Positions 8,932-18,184 of a DNA stretch of 64,000 nucleotides are shown here, piece by piece. Source of the DNA: Myxococcota bacterium (lineage in GTDB: Bacteria > Myxococcota_A > UBA9042 > PHBI01 > JAWLBL01); NCBI GenBank assembly GCA_041687695.1, contig JAWLBL010000016.1:72722-136721 (forward strand), given 5' to 3'. Each line of letters begins with the position of its first letter. The stretch's first letter is position 1. Below the pieces are notes generated by a model. The model was not told the DNA's origin. It did no database searches and was given only the letters and a program-made list of their open reading frames with translations. The position numbers and the translations under genes are program-made.

Positions 8932-9324
8932 GTGATCCTCGACCACATCGGCCTGGGCGTCCGCGACTACGCCCGCTCCAAGGCCTTCTACGACGCGGCC
9001 CTGGCGCCGCTGGGCATCGCGCTGGTGATGGAGGTCGGCGCCGATCTCACCACCTCCGGTGCCCCCGCCTGCGGCTACGGCCGCGGCCGCAAGCCCGAGT
9101 TCTGGCTGGGCGGCGAGGGCCACACCACCCCGCCCCTGCACGTCGCCTTCGTGGCCGAGACCCGCGCCCAGGTCGACGCCTTCTACCAGGCCGCCCTGGC
9201 CGCCGGCGGCCGCGACAACGGCCCGCCCGGCGTCCGCGCCCTCTACCACCCCAACTACTACGGCGCCTTCGTCCTCGACCCCGACGGCCACAACATCGAG
9301 GCCGTCTGCCACGCCCCCGGCTGA
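8932..9324 (+). CDS. VOC/glyoxalase family protein
   Basis: LDHIGLGV, LHVAFVA, YYGAFVLDPDGHNIEAVCH. Confidence 0.92.
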   Translation: MILDHIGLGVRDYARSKAFYDAALAPLGIALVMEVGADLTTSGAPACGYGRGRKPEFWLGGEGHTTPPLHVAFVAETRAQVDAFYQAALAAGGRDNGPPGVRALYHPNYYGAFVLDPDGHNIEAVCHAPG

Positions 9325-9341
9325 CCGAAGCGAGGCGTCTG

Positions 9342-10310
9342 ATGCATCGGATGCGGGCCGGGTTCTTCGGGTTGCTCGCCTTCGCGCTGTGGGCGCAGGC
9401 TCCGTCGGCGCGGGCGGGCGAGCGGTGTGGGCCCAACTTCTGCGAGGGCGACGAGGTCTGCTGCAACGAGGGCTGCGGCATCTGCACCAAGCCGGGCGGC
9501 GCCTGCATCATGCCCTTTTGCGAGTGGGGCCGGCCCGGCTGGATCGACGCGGTCGCGGTCCCGGGGGCGGACGTCTTCCCCAGGGCGCGGGCGGTCGTCG
9601 GCGTGACGCAGCACCGGCTCGACCTGGGCTTCGGCGTGGCCGACCTGACCACGCTCTCGGTGCGGGCCGACGTGCAGGCCTACGTCGCGCGGGGCCTCGC
9701 CGTGCGGCTGGGGCTCGGCGGCGTCGGCGCGCTCGACGCGGACGCCGGCTTCGACGACACCGCGGACTGGTCGGCCGTGGCCGGCCTCACGGCCCAGTTG
9801 CCCGAGCTGACGCGCCTGTTCAGCTGGGCGTTGGTCCTCGACGTCGCCAGCGAGGCCGGCCTGGACGCGCTGTCCTGGCTGACACCCCGGGCTCCGGTCG
9901 GCGGGCGCGCGCTGGCGGTCGCCGCGGGCCTGGCCTTCGCCGACCGGATGAACATGGGACCGCTGACGGCGAAGGCGCGTTGGGTGCAGGCCTTCCCCCA
10001 CGAGGACGGCGACCCGACCGGGACGCTCGAGCTGGCGGCCGGGCTCAGCACCGACCTCCGCTGGATCCGCGCCCTGGGCGGGCCCGAGATCCCGCTCGGC
10101 CTGCGCGCCGGCTACCGCTTCGCCCACCGGCTCACGGGGGGCGAGCTGACCGCCCACGAGCTCGGCGGGGGGCTGTATCTCATGGGGCTGACCGACGAGC
10201 TGCGGCTCGGCCTGGACGCGGTCGCCAGCTGGACCGACGTCGCGGGCGCCGAGGTGCGCGCCCTGACCGGGCTGCTGCGGCTGGACTACTACTGGGAGTC
10301 GAACCACTGA
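9342..10310 (+). CDS. Secreted hypothetical protein: short Cys-rich N-domain plus probable beta-barrel
   Basis: Signal peptide ...SARA; CGPNFC..CCNEGCGIC..ACIMPFC; alternating beta-strand pattern ending LRLDYYW. Confidence 0.55.
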   Translation: MHRMRAGFFGLLAFALWAQAPSARAGERCGPNFCEGDEVCCNEGCGICTKPGGACIMPFCEWGRPGWIDAVAVPGADVFPRARAVVGVTQHRLDLGFGVADLTTLSVRADVQAYVARGLAVRLGLGGVGALDADAGFDDTADWSAVAGLTAQLPELTRLFSWALVLDVASEAGLDALSWLTPRAPVGGRALAVAAGLAFADRMNMGPLTAKARWVQAFPHEDGDPTGTLELAAGLSTDLRWIRALGGPEIPLGLRAGYRFAHRLTGGELTAHELGGGLYLMGLTDELRLGLDAVASWTDVAGAEVRALTGLLRLDYYWESNH

Positions 10311-10428
10311 GCGCGCCGGGCGGGGCGCCGCCGTTGCATCGAATGGCGGCGCCGCTACACTCCGCGCCGATCGCCGGCCCGCCCGTCCGCCACGGCCGGG
10401 CGCCGGAACCCCGCTCGAGGTAGCCGCC

Positions 10429-12006
10429 GTGACCGTTCGCCCGTCCTCGCTCGTCGTCCTGCTCGCCCTGGCCCCGCTCGCCGCCTGCGACGGCCCGGGC
10501 GGCGCCAGCATCACCCCCGGCAAGGCCAAGACCCTCGAGGCCGGCGGCCTGGCCCTGGGCGGCAGCCACACCTGCGCCATCATGAAGGACGACACCGTCC
10601 GCTGCTGGGGCCGCAACGCCGCCGGGCAGCTCGGCCCCGACGAGGCCGGCGCCTGCGCGACCGCCGACGCGACCGCCTGGCCGCGCAGCGTCGGTCAGCT
10701 GAAGGTGGCGGACCTGTCCGCGGGCGAGCTGCACACCTGCGCGGTCGGCCAGGACGGCGTGGTCAGCTGCTGGGGCGGCAACGCCCACCAGCAGCTTGGC
10801 GGGGCCCCGTCCAACGCCTGCGCGCCCGTCGCCGTCGCGGCCGTCACCGGAGCGACCGACGTCGCGGCGGGCGACCGGCACAGCTGCGCGGTCGACGGCG
10901 AGGGCGCCGCCTGGTGCTGGGGCGACAACACGCGCCGCCAGCTGGGCGCGCCGACCACCGACGAGCACGGCCCGGTGAAGGTCGAGCTGCAGACCAAGGT
11001 GACGCGGGTCGGCGCTGGCGCCGAGCACAGCTGCGCCGTGCTCGAGGTCGGCCTGGTCGCCTGCTGGGGCCGCAACCACCGCGGGCAGCTGGGCGTCGGC
11101 AACCTCGAGGACGGCGACACGCCGCGCCAGGTGCTCGGGCTGCAGGGCGGCGTCTCGGTCGCCCTGGGGCGCGCCCACACCTGCGCGCTCGACGGCGCCG
11201 GCGCGGTCCACTGCTGGGGCGCCAACGATCGCGGACAGCTCGGCCAGGGCGCGGGTAGCCTCGACAGCTCGGTGCCGCGCCGCGTCGGCGAGCTGACGGG
11301 CCTGCTGGGCCTCACGTCCGGCGCCGACCACGTCTGCGCCATCACCGCCGAGCGCGAGGTCCTGTGCTGGGGCGCCGCGGACCAGGGCCAGGTCGGGCCG
11401 GGCGCCTCGGCCGACGCCCACCAACCGGTCGCCGTCCCCGGACCCACCGGGGTCGTCGCCCTGGACGCCGGCGCGCACCACACCTGCGCGGCCGGCGACG
11501 GCGGGCAGGTCTGGTGCTGGGGCGCCGCCGCGCCGCTGGGCGTCGAGGACGGCGCCGCGTTCTCGGCCGACCCGGTGCTGGTCGAGTGGACGAAGCCCGA
11601 GCAGCCGGCCGAGCCCGATGCGGACACGCACCAGGACACCCACCAGCCGCCCGCCGACACCGTCGTCAAGCCCGACGTCACCGCCGACGTCGGCCCGGTC
11701 GACGACGCCGGCCCCATCGGGTCCGAGACGGCGTGGACGGTGTGCGAGACCGACACCGACTGCTCCTCGTTCGAGTACTGCATGCCGCCGCTGACCGGCC
11801 TCGCGCCGATGTGCCTGCCGGCCTGCGGCTCGGGCACGCCTCACGTCGAGGTCTGCCCGCCGGGGCCCGGGCACGCCGAATCGTTCTGCTTCGACGGCGT
11901 CTGCGCCATGGCCTGCTGGACCGGCGATCCGAGCTGCCCGTCCGGCATGACCTGCCAGGAGGGGCCCGACTGGGGCGGCGAGGGCCTGTGCGGCCATGCG
12001 TTCTAA
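10429..12006 (+). CDS. RCC1-repeat lipoprotein with Cys-rich C-terminus
   Basis: Lipobox LAAC; about 7 repeats of G.xHTCA...G.V.CWG.N..GQLG. Confidence 0.88.
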   Translation: MTVRPSSLVVLLALAPLAACDGPGGASITPGKAKTLEAGGLALGGSHTCAIMKDDTVRCWGRNAAGQLGPDEAGACATADATAWPRSVGQLKVADLSAGELHTCAVGQDGVVSCWGGNAHQQLGGAPSNACAPVAVAAVTGATDVAAGDRHSCAVDGEGAAWCWGDNTRRQLGAPTTDEHGPVKVELQTKVTRVGAGAEHSCAVLEVGLVACWGRNHRGQLGVGNLEDGDTPRQVLGLQGGVSVALGRAHTCALDGAGAVHCWGANDRGQLGQGAGSLDSSVPRRVGELTGLLGLTSGADHVCAITAEREVLCWGAADQGQVGPGASADAHQPVAVPGPTGVVALDAGAHHTCAAGDGGQVWCWGAAAPLGVEDGAAFSADPVLVEWTKPEQPAEPDADTHQDTHQPPADTVVKPDVTADVGPVDDAGPIGSETAWTVCETDTDCSSFEYCMPPLTGLAPMCLPACGSGTPHVEVCPPGPGHAESFCFDGVCAMACWTGDPSCPSGMTCQEGPDWGGEGLCGHAF

Positions 12007-12012
12007 GGCCTG

Positions 12013-13086
12013 ATGACGACCCACCCTTCACAGTCCCTGCACCTCGCGCCCGCGCCCGCGCCCGCAACCCCCGTGGCCCAGACGCGGGACCAGGCCCCCG
12101 CGCTCGGCCGCGACGCCTTCTTCGACAACGCCAAGCTCGGGCTCATCACGCTGGTCGTCACCGGCCACGCCATCGAGCCCTTCATCCGCGGCGACGTCGC
12201 CCTCCGCGCGCTCTACCTCCTCATCTACGCCTTCCACATCCCGGCCTTCGTCCTCCTCGCCGGCCACCACTCGGCCAAGCGCCTCGACGCCGGGCGTGGA
12301 CAGAAGCTCATCACGGGCGTGGTCGTGCCCTACCTCCTCTTCGAGGTCCTCTACTCGGTCTTCGAGTGGAAGGTCATGGGCCGCCCCCTGAGCTTCACCT
12401 TCCTCACCCCCTACTGGCTCATGTGGTTCCTCGTGAGCCTGTTCACCTGGCGCCTGCTCCTGCCCGTCTTCGCCTCGCTGCGCGGCGCGCCCCTGTGGGG
12501 CCTGGTCCTCGCCCTGCTGGCCGGCACCACCGCCGCCGGCTACAGCCTGTCGCTGTCGCGCACCTTCACCTTCCTGCCCTTCTTCCTGCTCGGCGCCTGG
12601 CTCCGCCCCGAGCACTTCGCCGCGCTCGCCCGCCCGGCCGTCCGCGTCGCCGCCGTCGCCGTCCTGGCCGCCGGCGCCTGGCTCGCCTACGACCACGCCC
12701 CCGAGCTGCGCGCCCGCTGGTTCTACGGCGCCCACTCCTACGCCGCCCTCAAGCTCGACGCCGCCGACGGCGCGCTCCTGCGCCTGTCCCTCCTGACCGC
12801 CGGCGCGGTCCTCGGCGTGGCCTTTCTGGCCCTGGTCCCCCGCCGCCGCAGCTGGCTCACCAAGCTCGGCTCGCGCAGCCTCGCCGTCTTCCTGCTGCAC
12901 GGCTTCGCCATCAAGCTCGCCGTCCACCTCGGCTACCTGCGCCACGGCCCGAACACCTGGCCGGTCTGGGCCATCCTCGCGCTCGGCCCCGCGCTCACCC
13001 TGCTCCTGGCGTCTCGCCCCGTGGCCTGGCTCACCCGGCCGCTGCTGGCCCCGCGCCTGTCGTTCCTCTTCCGCCGCGCCTCCTAG
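12013..13086 (+). CDS. Acyltransferase 3 family membrane O-acetyltransferase
   Basis: RDAFFDNAK..LVVTGH, IYAFHIPAFV, WFLVSLF, LGSRSLAVFLLH. Confidence 0.9.
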   Translation: MTTHPSQSLHLAPAPAPATPVAQTRDQAPALGRDAFFDNAKLGLITLVVTGHAIEPFIRGDVALRALYLLIYAFHIPAFVLLAGHHSAKRLDAGRGQKLITGVVVPYLLFEVLYSVFEWKVMGRPLSFTFLTPYWLMWFLVSLFTWRLLLPVFASLRGAPLWGLVLALLAGTTAAGYSLSLSRTFTFLPFFLLGAWLRPEHFAALARPAVRVAAVAVLAAGAWLAYDHAPELRARWFYGAHSYAALKLDAADGALLRLSLLTAGAVLGVAFLALVPRRRSWLTKLGSRSLAVFLLHGFAIKLAVHLGYLRHGPNTWPVWAILALGPALTLLLASRPVAWLTRPLLAPRLSFLFRRAS

Positions 13087-13141
13087 CCCGCCTCGCGGCC
13101 GCCCGCTCGCCCCGACGGCGCACATCGGCGACGCTCCGGCC

Positions 13142-14329
13142 ATGGCTCGAGCTCGCCGCCGCCGCTGGCCCCTCGTCCTGGCCGGCCTGGCCCTCGTGCT
13201 GCTGGTTACCGGCTATCTGTTCCGCGGGTATCTGGTCGCCATCCTGCCCGGCCAGGCCCCCAGCGGCGCCTTGCCCCTGGGCCGCCTGCACCTGCCCGCC
13301 GGGTTCGTCGTCGAGGCCTTCGCCGAGGACCTCACTGGCGCCCGCTCGCTGGCCCTGGGCCCCGACGGCCTCGTCGCCGTGGGCACCCGCGACCCGGGGC
13401 GCGTCTACGTCCTGCGCGACGCCGACCGAGACGGGCGCGCCGAGCAGCGCTGGACCGTCGCCACGGGCCTGCGTCAGCCCAACGGCGTCGCCTGGCGCGG
13501 CGCCGACCTGTACGTCGCCGAGATCGGCCGCGTCCTCCGGCTGCCCGACCTCGCCCGCGCCCTGGACGCGCCCCCCGCGCCGGTCGTGGTCACCGACGCC
13601 TTCCCCGAGGAGGGCCACCACGGCTGGAAGTTCATCGCCTTCGGCCCCGACGGCCTGCTCTACGTCCCGGTAGGCGCCCCCTGCAACGTCTGCCTGTCCG
13701 AGGACCCCGCCTTCGCCGCCATCCACCGCCTGCGCCCCGACGGCACGGGCCTCGAGCCCTTCGCCGTCGGCGTCCGCAACACGGTCGGCTTCGACTGGGA
13801 CCCGGCCACAGGCGACCTCTGGTTCACCGACAACGGCCGCGACTGGATGGGCCCCGACCAGCCCCCCGACGAGCTGAACCACGCGCCGCGCCCCGGGCTG
13901 CACTTCGGTTTCCCCTTCTGTCACGGCCGTGACCTCGTCGACCCCGACCACGGTGGCCGCGACTGCGCGGCCTTCATGCCGCCCCGGGCGACCTTCCAGG
14001 CCCACGCGGCCGCCCTGGGCATGCGCTTTTACGACGGCGCGATGTTCCCGGCGCGCTACCGCGGCGGGGTCTTCGTGGCGCTGCACGGGTCGTGGAACCG
14101 CCCCGAGCCGGTCGGCTACGAGGTGGTCTTCGTCCCGATGACCCCCGACGGCCCCGGCCCGCCCGAGCCGTTCGTCACCGGCTGGCTGGGCGCGGTGGGC
14201 GCCTGGGGCCGCCCCGTCGACGTCGAGGTCCTGCCCGACGGCAGCCTGCTGGTCAGCGACGACCGCGCCGACGCCGTCTACCGGGTCCGCTACTCGTCCG
14301 CGCCACCCACCGACGCCAACGCGCGCTGA
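13142..14329 (+). CDS. PQQ-dependent sugar/sorbosone dehydrogenase family protein
   Basis: LHLPAGFVVEAFA, HHGWKFIAFGPDG, GVRNTVGFDW, HGSWNR, GRPVDV; N-terminal TM segment. Confidence 0.9.
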   Translation: MARARRRRWPLVLAGLALVLLVTGYLFRGYLVAILPGQAPSGALPLGRLHLPAGFVVEAFAEDLTGARSLALGPDGLVAVGTRDPGRVYVLRDADRDGRAEQRWTVATGLRQPNGVAWRGADLYVAEIGRVLRLPDLARALDAPPAPVVVTDAFPEEGHHGWKFIAFGPDGLLYVPVGAPCNVCLSEDPAFAAIHRLRPDGTGLEPFAVGVRNTVGFDWDPATGDLWFTDNGRDWMGPDQPPDELNHAPRPGLHFGFPFCHGRDLVDPDHGGRDCAAFMPPRATFQAHAAALGMRFYDGAMFPARYRGGVFVALHGSWNRPEPVGYEVVFVPMTPDGPGPPEPFVTGWLGAVGAWGRPVDVEVLPDGSLLVSDDRADAVYRVRYSSAPPTDANAR

Positions 14330-15348
14330 CCGCGCGGGCTCAGGGCGCGCGCCATGAACACCGCGTCGCGGTAGTCGGGCTCGGTGCCGAGCGCCGCCGC
14401 CGCCTCTTCGAGGCCGAGGCCCAGCGGCGCGAACCCCGCGGCGCGATAGCAGGCGATGGCGCGCGGGTTGCGGGCCGAGGGCTGCACGAACATCAGGTCG
14501 ACCCAGCGCTCAGCGGCCAGCCGCTCGCCCAGCAGGGCCAGCGCGCGGCGCCCGTAGCCCAGGCCGGTGTAGGCGCTCGACGCCAGCCACAGGTCCAGCT
14601 CCGTCACGCAGGCGCCGTCGTGCAAGCGCACGTGCTCGTTGGTGTTCACCCAGCCGACCGGCTCGCCGTCGACCTCCAGCACGAAGCCCTGGCCGTCGTC
14701 CGGCGCCGAGCCGTCGAAGTAGTGGGCGCCGTAGTCCGCCAAGAACTCGTCCAGCGTCGGGACGGGCACCTCGGGGAACAGCGGCGGGCCCATCATCGCG
14801 GCCGTCAGATCCGAGCGCGCGCACCAGCGCCAGACCGTCGGCGCGTCGCTGGGGCGCGCAGGGCGCAGCGCGAGCTCGGGCGGCGTGATGAGCCGCGTGC
14901 GCAGGCCGCGGGGCACGGGCTCGAAGCCCTCGGTGGCGTACAGCGCGATCGCCGGGGCGTTGTCCGGTCGGACCTGCAGGTGCAGCGCCTTGGCGCCGCG
15001 CACCGCCGCCAGCCGCGTGGCCTCGCGCACCAGCGTCCGCCCGATCCCGGCGCCGCGATGCGCGGGCAGCACCCAGACCTCGGTCAGCCAGGCGTCGCGG
15101 CCGGCGAACTCGAGGTCGAAGCCGTAGGTGACCAGGGCGTAGCCGACCAGCGTCTGATCGCCCTTGGGTTGCGCGGCCTCGGCGACCAACGCGAAGCCGA
15201 TCGACGGGTCGGCGACGAGGCGCTCGAGCGCCGGCCCCATGCGATCGGCGGCGAAGGCGATCTCCTCGTGGGCGTTGAACTCGGCCATGGGCCCCAGCAG
15301 CGACGGGACGTCGTCCGGGCGGGCGAGGCGGACGCGGAGGGCGGCCAT
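14290..15348 (-). CDS. Tandem GNAT acetyltransferase (two GNAT domains)
   Basis: VLPAHRGAGIGR..NAPAIALY (first domain); YTGLGYGRR..NPRAIACYRAAGF (second domain); ATG 15348 overlaps the upstream TGA. Confidence 0.82.
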   Translation of the reverse strand: MAALRVRLARPDDVPSLLGPMAEFNAHEEIAFAADRMGPALERLVADPSIGFALVAEAAQPKGDQTLVGYALVTYGFDLEFAGRDAWLTEVWVLPAHRGAGIGRTLVREATRLAAVRGAKALHLQVRPDNAPAIALYATEGFEPVPRGLRTRLITPPELALRPARPSDAPTVWRWCARSDLTAAMMGPPLFPEVPVPTLDEFLADYGAHYFDGSAPDDGQGFVLEVDGEPVGWVNTNEHVRLHDGACVTELDLWLASSAYTGLGYGRRALALLGERLAAERWVDLMFVQPSARNPRAIACYRAAGFAPLGLGLEEAAAALGTEPDYRDAVFMARALSPRGQRALASVGGADE

Positions 15349-16517
15349 CAGTGGCGCTCGAAGAGGGTGACCCACTCGCAGTGGGGCGTCTGCGGGAACT
15401 GGTCGACGCCGACGGCGCGGGTCGGGACGTAGCCGAGCGCGCCCAGGGCGGCGGCGTCCTGCACCAGGGTCGGGGCGAAGCACGAGACGTAGAGCAGGTG
15501 CCGCGGGCGCGTCTTGCGGGGCAGGCTCTCCAGCGCGAAGACCAGGTCGCGCAGGCCAGAGCGCGGCGGGTCGGCGACCAGCAGGTCGTGCCGCTCGAGC
15601 AGCCCCAGCAGCGTGTGGCTGACGCGCTGGACGTCCAGGCGCTGCGCGGAGATCTGCTGGCCCAGGCCGCGCTCGGCGACGGCGCGCTCGAGGCCCTGAC
15701 AGGCGCTGGGCTCGACCTCGAGGGCGGTGACGCGCGCGCCGAGGGCGGCCAGGGGCAGGGTCAGGTTGCCCGCGCCGGCGCACAGCTCGAGGACATGGGT
15801 CGGCCGGGCGGCCTCGGCCAGCGCGCGGACGGTGCGGACCAGCAGGCGGTTGGCGGCGAAGCCGGGCTGCGTGAACGAGCCCACCTGGGTGTAGATCGGG
15901 GTCGCCTCCTCGCCGGGGCCGACGTAGGTCTCCCACCACGGGCCCAGCTCGGCGGGCAGCAGCTTCAGGGCGCCGCCGTCCGGGTCGCGGCCCAGGCGCT
16001 TGCGCTTCTGGCCGATCTCGACGCAGTCGGCGGCGTCGAGCAGCCGGCCGAGCCAGGCGGCGTCGTCCAGGAGATCGCGCACGGTCGCGTTCGGCAGGTC
16101 CAGCCAGGCGCCGCGCTGGCCGGCGGGCGAGACGCGCAGCCGGATGGAGCCCTGGTCGATGCGCGGCAGGTCGGCGCGGAAGGCGGCGTACCAGGCGGCC
16201 AGCGCGTCGGACATCTGCGGGCAGCGCGGCATGTCGACGATCTGGCGATGATCCTTGCCGTACAGCCCGATGCGCACCCCGCGCCCGTCACCCTGCAAGG
16301 TCAGGTCGACGCGATCGCGCAGGCCGCGCGTGCCGGGGCTGTCCAGGCGCAGCGAGGCCGGCGCGGTCACGCCCGCCTCGCGCAGTCGCTTCCTCAGCTC
16401 GTGCGCCTTCTGCTCGAGCTGCGCCTCGTAGGGCGAGCCGATGAGGGCGCAGCCCGAGCAGCGCCCCGCCAGCTCACAGGCGTCGCCGTCCACGGGAGCA
16501 GCGGCCCCCGGGTCCAT
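15348..16517 (-). CDS. RlmD/TrmA-family RNA (uracil-5)-methyltransferase
   Basis: C-x4-CSGC Fe-S motif, SFTQ, LELCAGAGN, DPPRSGL, YVSC, DQFPQTPHCE; no TRAM domain. Confidence 0.88.
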   Translation of the reverse strand: MDPGAAAPVDGDACELAGRCSGCALIGSPYEAQLEQKAHELRKRLREAGVTAPASLRLDSPGTRGLRDRVDLTLQGDGRGVRIGLYGKDHRQIVDMPRCPQMSDALAAWYAAFRADLPRIDQGSIRLRVSPAGQRGAWLDLPNATVRDLLDDAAWLGRLLDAADCVEIGQKRKRLGRDPDGGALKLLPAELGPWWETYVGPGEEATPIYTQVGSFTQPGFAANRLLVRTVRALAEAARPTHVLELCAGAGNLTLPLAALGARVTALEVEPSACQGLERAVAERGLGQQISAQRLDVQRVSHTLLGLLERHDLLVADPPRSGLRDLVFALESLPRKTRPRHLLYVSCFAPTLVQDAAALGALGYVPTRAVGVDQFPQTPHCEWVTLFERH

Positions 16518-16584
16518 GGTAGCTGCGGTCACTCGGCGCCCTCTCCCACGGTCCGTCCCTCGTCCCCGCGCGGTCGCGGGCGAA

Positions 16585-16737
16585 GGAGAGAAGGGTCCAT
16601 GCGCGCCGCAGTCGGAGCCCGAGAACCTACCAACCCGGGTGTCCCTGTCGCGCGCGCGCTGGACCCTCGAAGATCCCAACATGAATGGTTTCGGACCATT
16701 CCGGGAGAGTGGCCCGGCCACGCGGCCCTCCCCGGCC
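16585..16737 (-). ncRNA. Candidate structured ncRNA or leader (family unassigned)
   Basis: Multiple hairpins, including a 76-nt irregular rod (AGGGTCCA/TGGACCCT closing, 16592-16667); possible TTGCCA-N17-GAGGAT promoter upstream on the minus strand. Confidence 0.35.
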
Positions 16738-16778
16738 TGCGATCCTCCGACAACCCGCGCCCGCTGGCAATGGTCCTG

Positions 16779-17513
16779 CTAACCGTCCAGACGCACCGGC
16801 AGCGCCCGCGCCAGCCCGACGTACTCCGGCGTGACCTCGGCCTGCCACGCGTGGACCTCGACCCCAAGCGCGGCGACCTGCTCCAGCGCCTCGGCGTAGG
16901 CCGGGTCGATGTGGCGCGCCGGTCCGAACGAGCGCGCGTCCGTGCGCTGGATCAGGAAGAAGATCGTCGCCCGATCCCCGGCCGCCACGCGCGCCGCCAG
17001 CTCGTGCAGGTGCTTGAGCCCCCGCGCCGTGACCGCGTCCGGGAACATCGCGTGGCCGGCGTCGGCCAGCGTCACGTTCTTGATCTCGACCCAGCACGGC
17101 CGTGGGTCGTCCGGGTGATCCTCGAGCAGGACGTCGATGCGCGAGCGCTCGCCGTAGCGCACCTCGCGGCGCACGGCGCGGTACCCGGTGAAGCCGGGCA
17201 GCGCCCCCCGCGCGGCGGCCTCGGCCACCAGCTGGTTGGGCAGCGACGTGTTGACGCCGATGAGCGCCTCGCCCTCGGAGGCGATCTCCCAAGTCCACTG
17301 CAGCTTGCGCTTGGGGTCGTCGTGGGGCGTCAGCCACACGCGGCTGCCGGGGGACAGGCACCCCTTCATGCTGCCGGTGTTGGCGCAGTGGGCGACCACC
17401 GTCCGGCCGTCGGCGAGGCGCACGTCGGCGAAGAAGCGCTTGTAGCGCCGCTCGAGGTGCCCGGGGACGAGGGTCGGCGCGTAGGGGATGCGGAAGGGGG
17501 ACGTCGTGGTCAC
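16779..17513 (-). CDS. sfsA: DNA/RNA nuclease SfsA (sugar fermentation stimulation protein)
   Basis: RRYKRFFADV, AHCANTGSM, EVRYG..SRIDVLL, VEIKNVT, FPDAVTARGLKHL. Confidence 0.95.
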   Translation of the reverse strand: MTTTSPFRIPYAPTLVPGHLERRYKRFFADVRLADGRTVVAHCANTGSMKGCLSPGSRVWLTPHDDPKRKLQWTWEIASEGEALIGVNTSLPNQLVAEAAARGALPGFTGYRAVRREVRYGERSRIDVLLEDHPDDPRPCWVEIKNVTLADAGHAMFPDAVTARGLKHLHELAARVAAGDRATIFFLIQRTDARSFGPARHIDPAYAEALEQVAALGVEVHAWQAEVTPEYVGLARALPVRLDG

Positions 17514-17614
17514 GGGCTTGCCTCTCGATGCGCCGCGGCGCGCCGCCCGCCGTGCGGCTGGATTGGCCGGAGGCGGAGGTCTATCATCCCCGCCTCGAAC
17601 ACGGAGGTGGCGAC

Positions 17615-18184
17615 GTGGGTTCCTGGGTTCGATGCGGCCTGGCCGCGGTGATGCTGGCGCTGGGCGCCGGGTGGGCGGCGGACGCGCGGGCGACGCTGGT
17701 GCGCGGGTTCAGCCTGCCGGGCCTGGTCGCCGAGGCGCACTCGGTGCTGCGCGGCGAGGTGGCCTGGCAGGAGGTCGTGTACGACGCCCGGTGGGGCCGC
17801 GTCTACACCCACTCGTTCCTCGTGGTGGACGAGGTGCTGGCCGGCCGCGAGGCGGTCGGCGACGTGGTGGTCGTCCGGCAGCTGGGCGGCGAGCTGGACG
17901 GCGTGCTGAGCCAGGTGCCGGGGACGGCGCGGCTCGAGGTGGGCGCCGAGGTGGTCGTCTTCGCGCGCACCGACGGGGCCTTCCACTACCTGGTCGGCAT
18001 GGCGCAGGGCGCCTTCGAGGTGCGGCGCGAGGCGCCCGGTCGCGTGACGCTGCGCCGCTCGACCGCCGGGCTGACCGTGCCGCCCGTGGCCGGCCCGACG
18101 CGCCCGCTCGCCCCCGACGCGCTGACCCTGGACGCGCTGCGCGCCCAGGTGCGTGACCAGGGGCGCGCCGGAGGCCGACAGTGA
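17615..18184 (+). CDS. Secreted protein co-transcribed with the matrixin
   Basis: GGAGG RBS before GTG 17615; signal peptide ...ADARA-TL; GTGA overlap with the next gene. Confidence 0.7.
   Translation: MGSWVRCGLAAVMLALGAGWAADARATLVRGFSLPGLVAEAHSVLRGEVAWQEVVYDARWGRVYTHSFLVVDEVLAGREAVGDVVVVRQLGGELDGVLSQVPGTARLEVGAEVVVFARTDGAFHYLVGMAQGAFEVRREAPGRVTLRRSTAGLTVPPVAGPTRPLAPDALTLDALRAQVRDQGRAGGRQ

Noticed and set aside
16576..16770. tRNA-Sec, SRP RNA or 6S RNA assignment
   Set aside because: No UCA-anticodon cloverleaf, no SRP helix-8 motif, and the fold is too asymmetric for a confident 6S call; kept only as an unassigned candidate.
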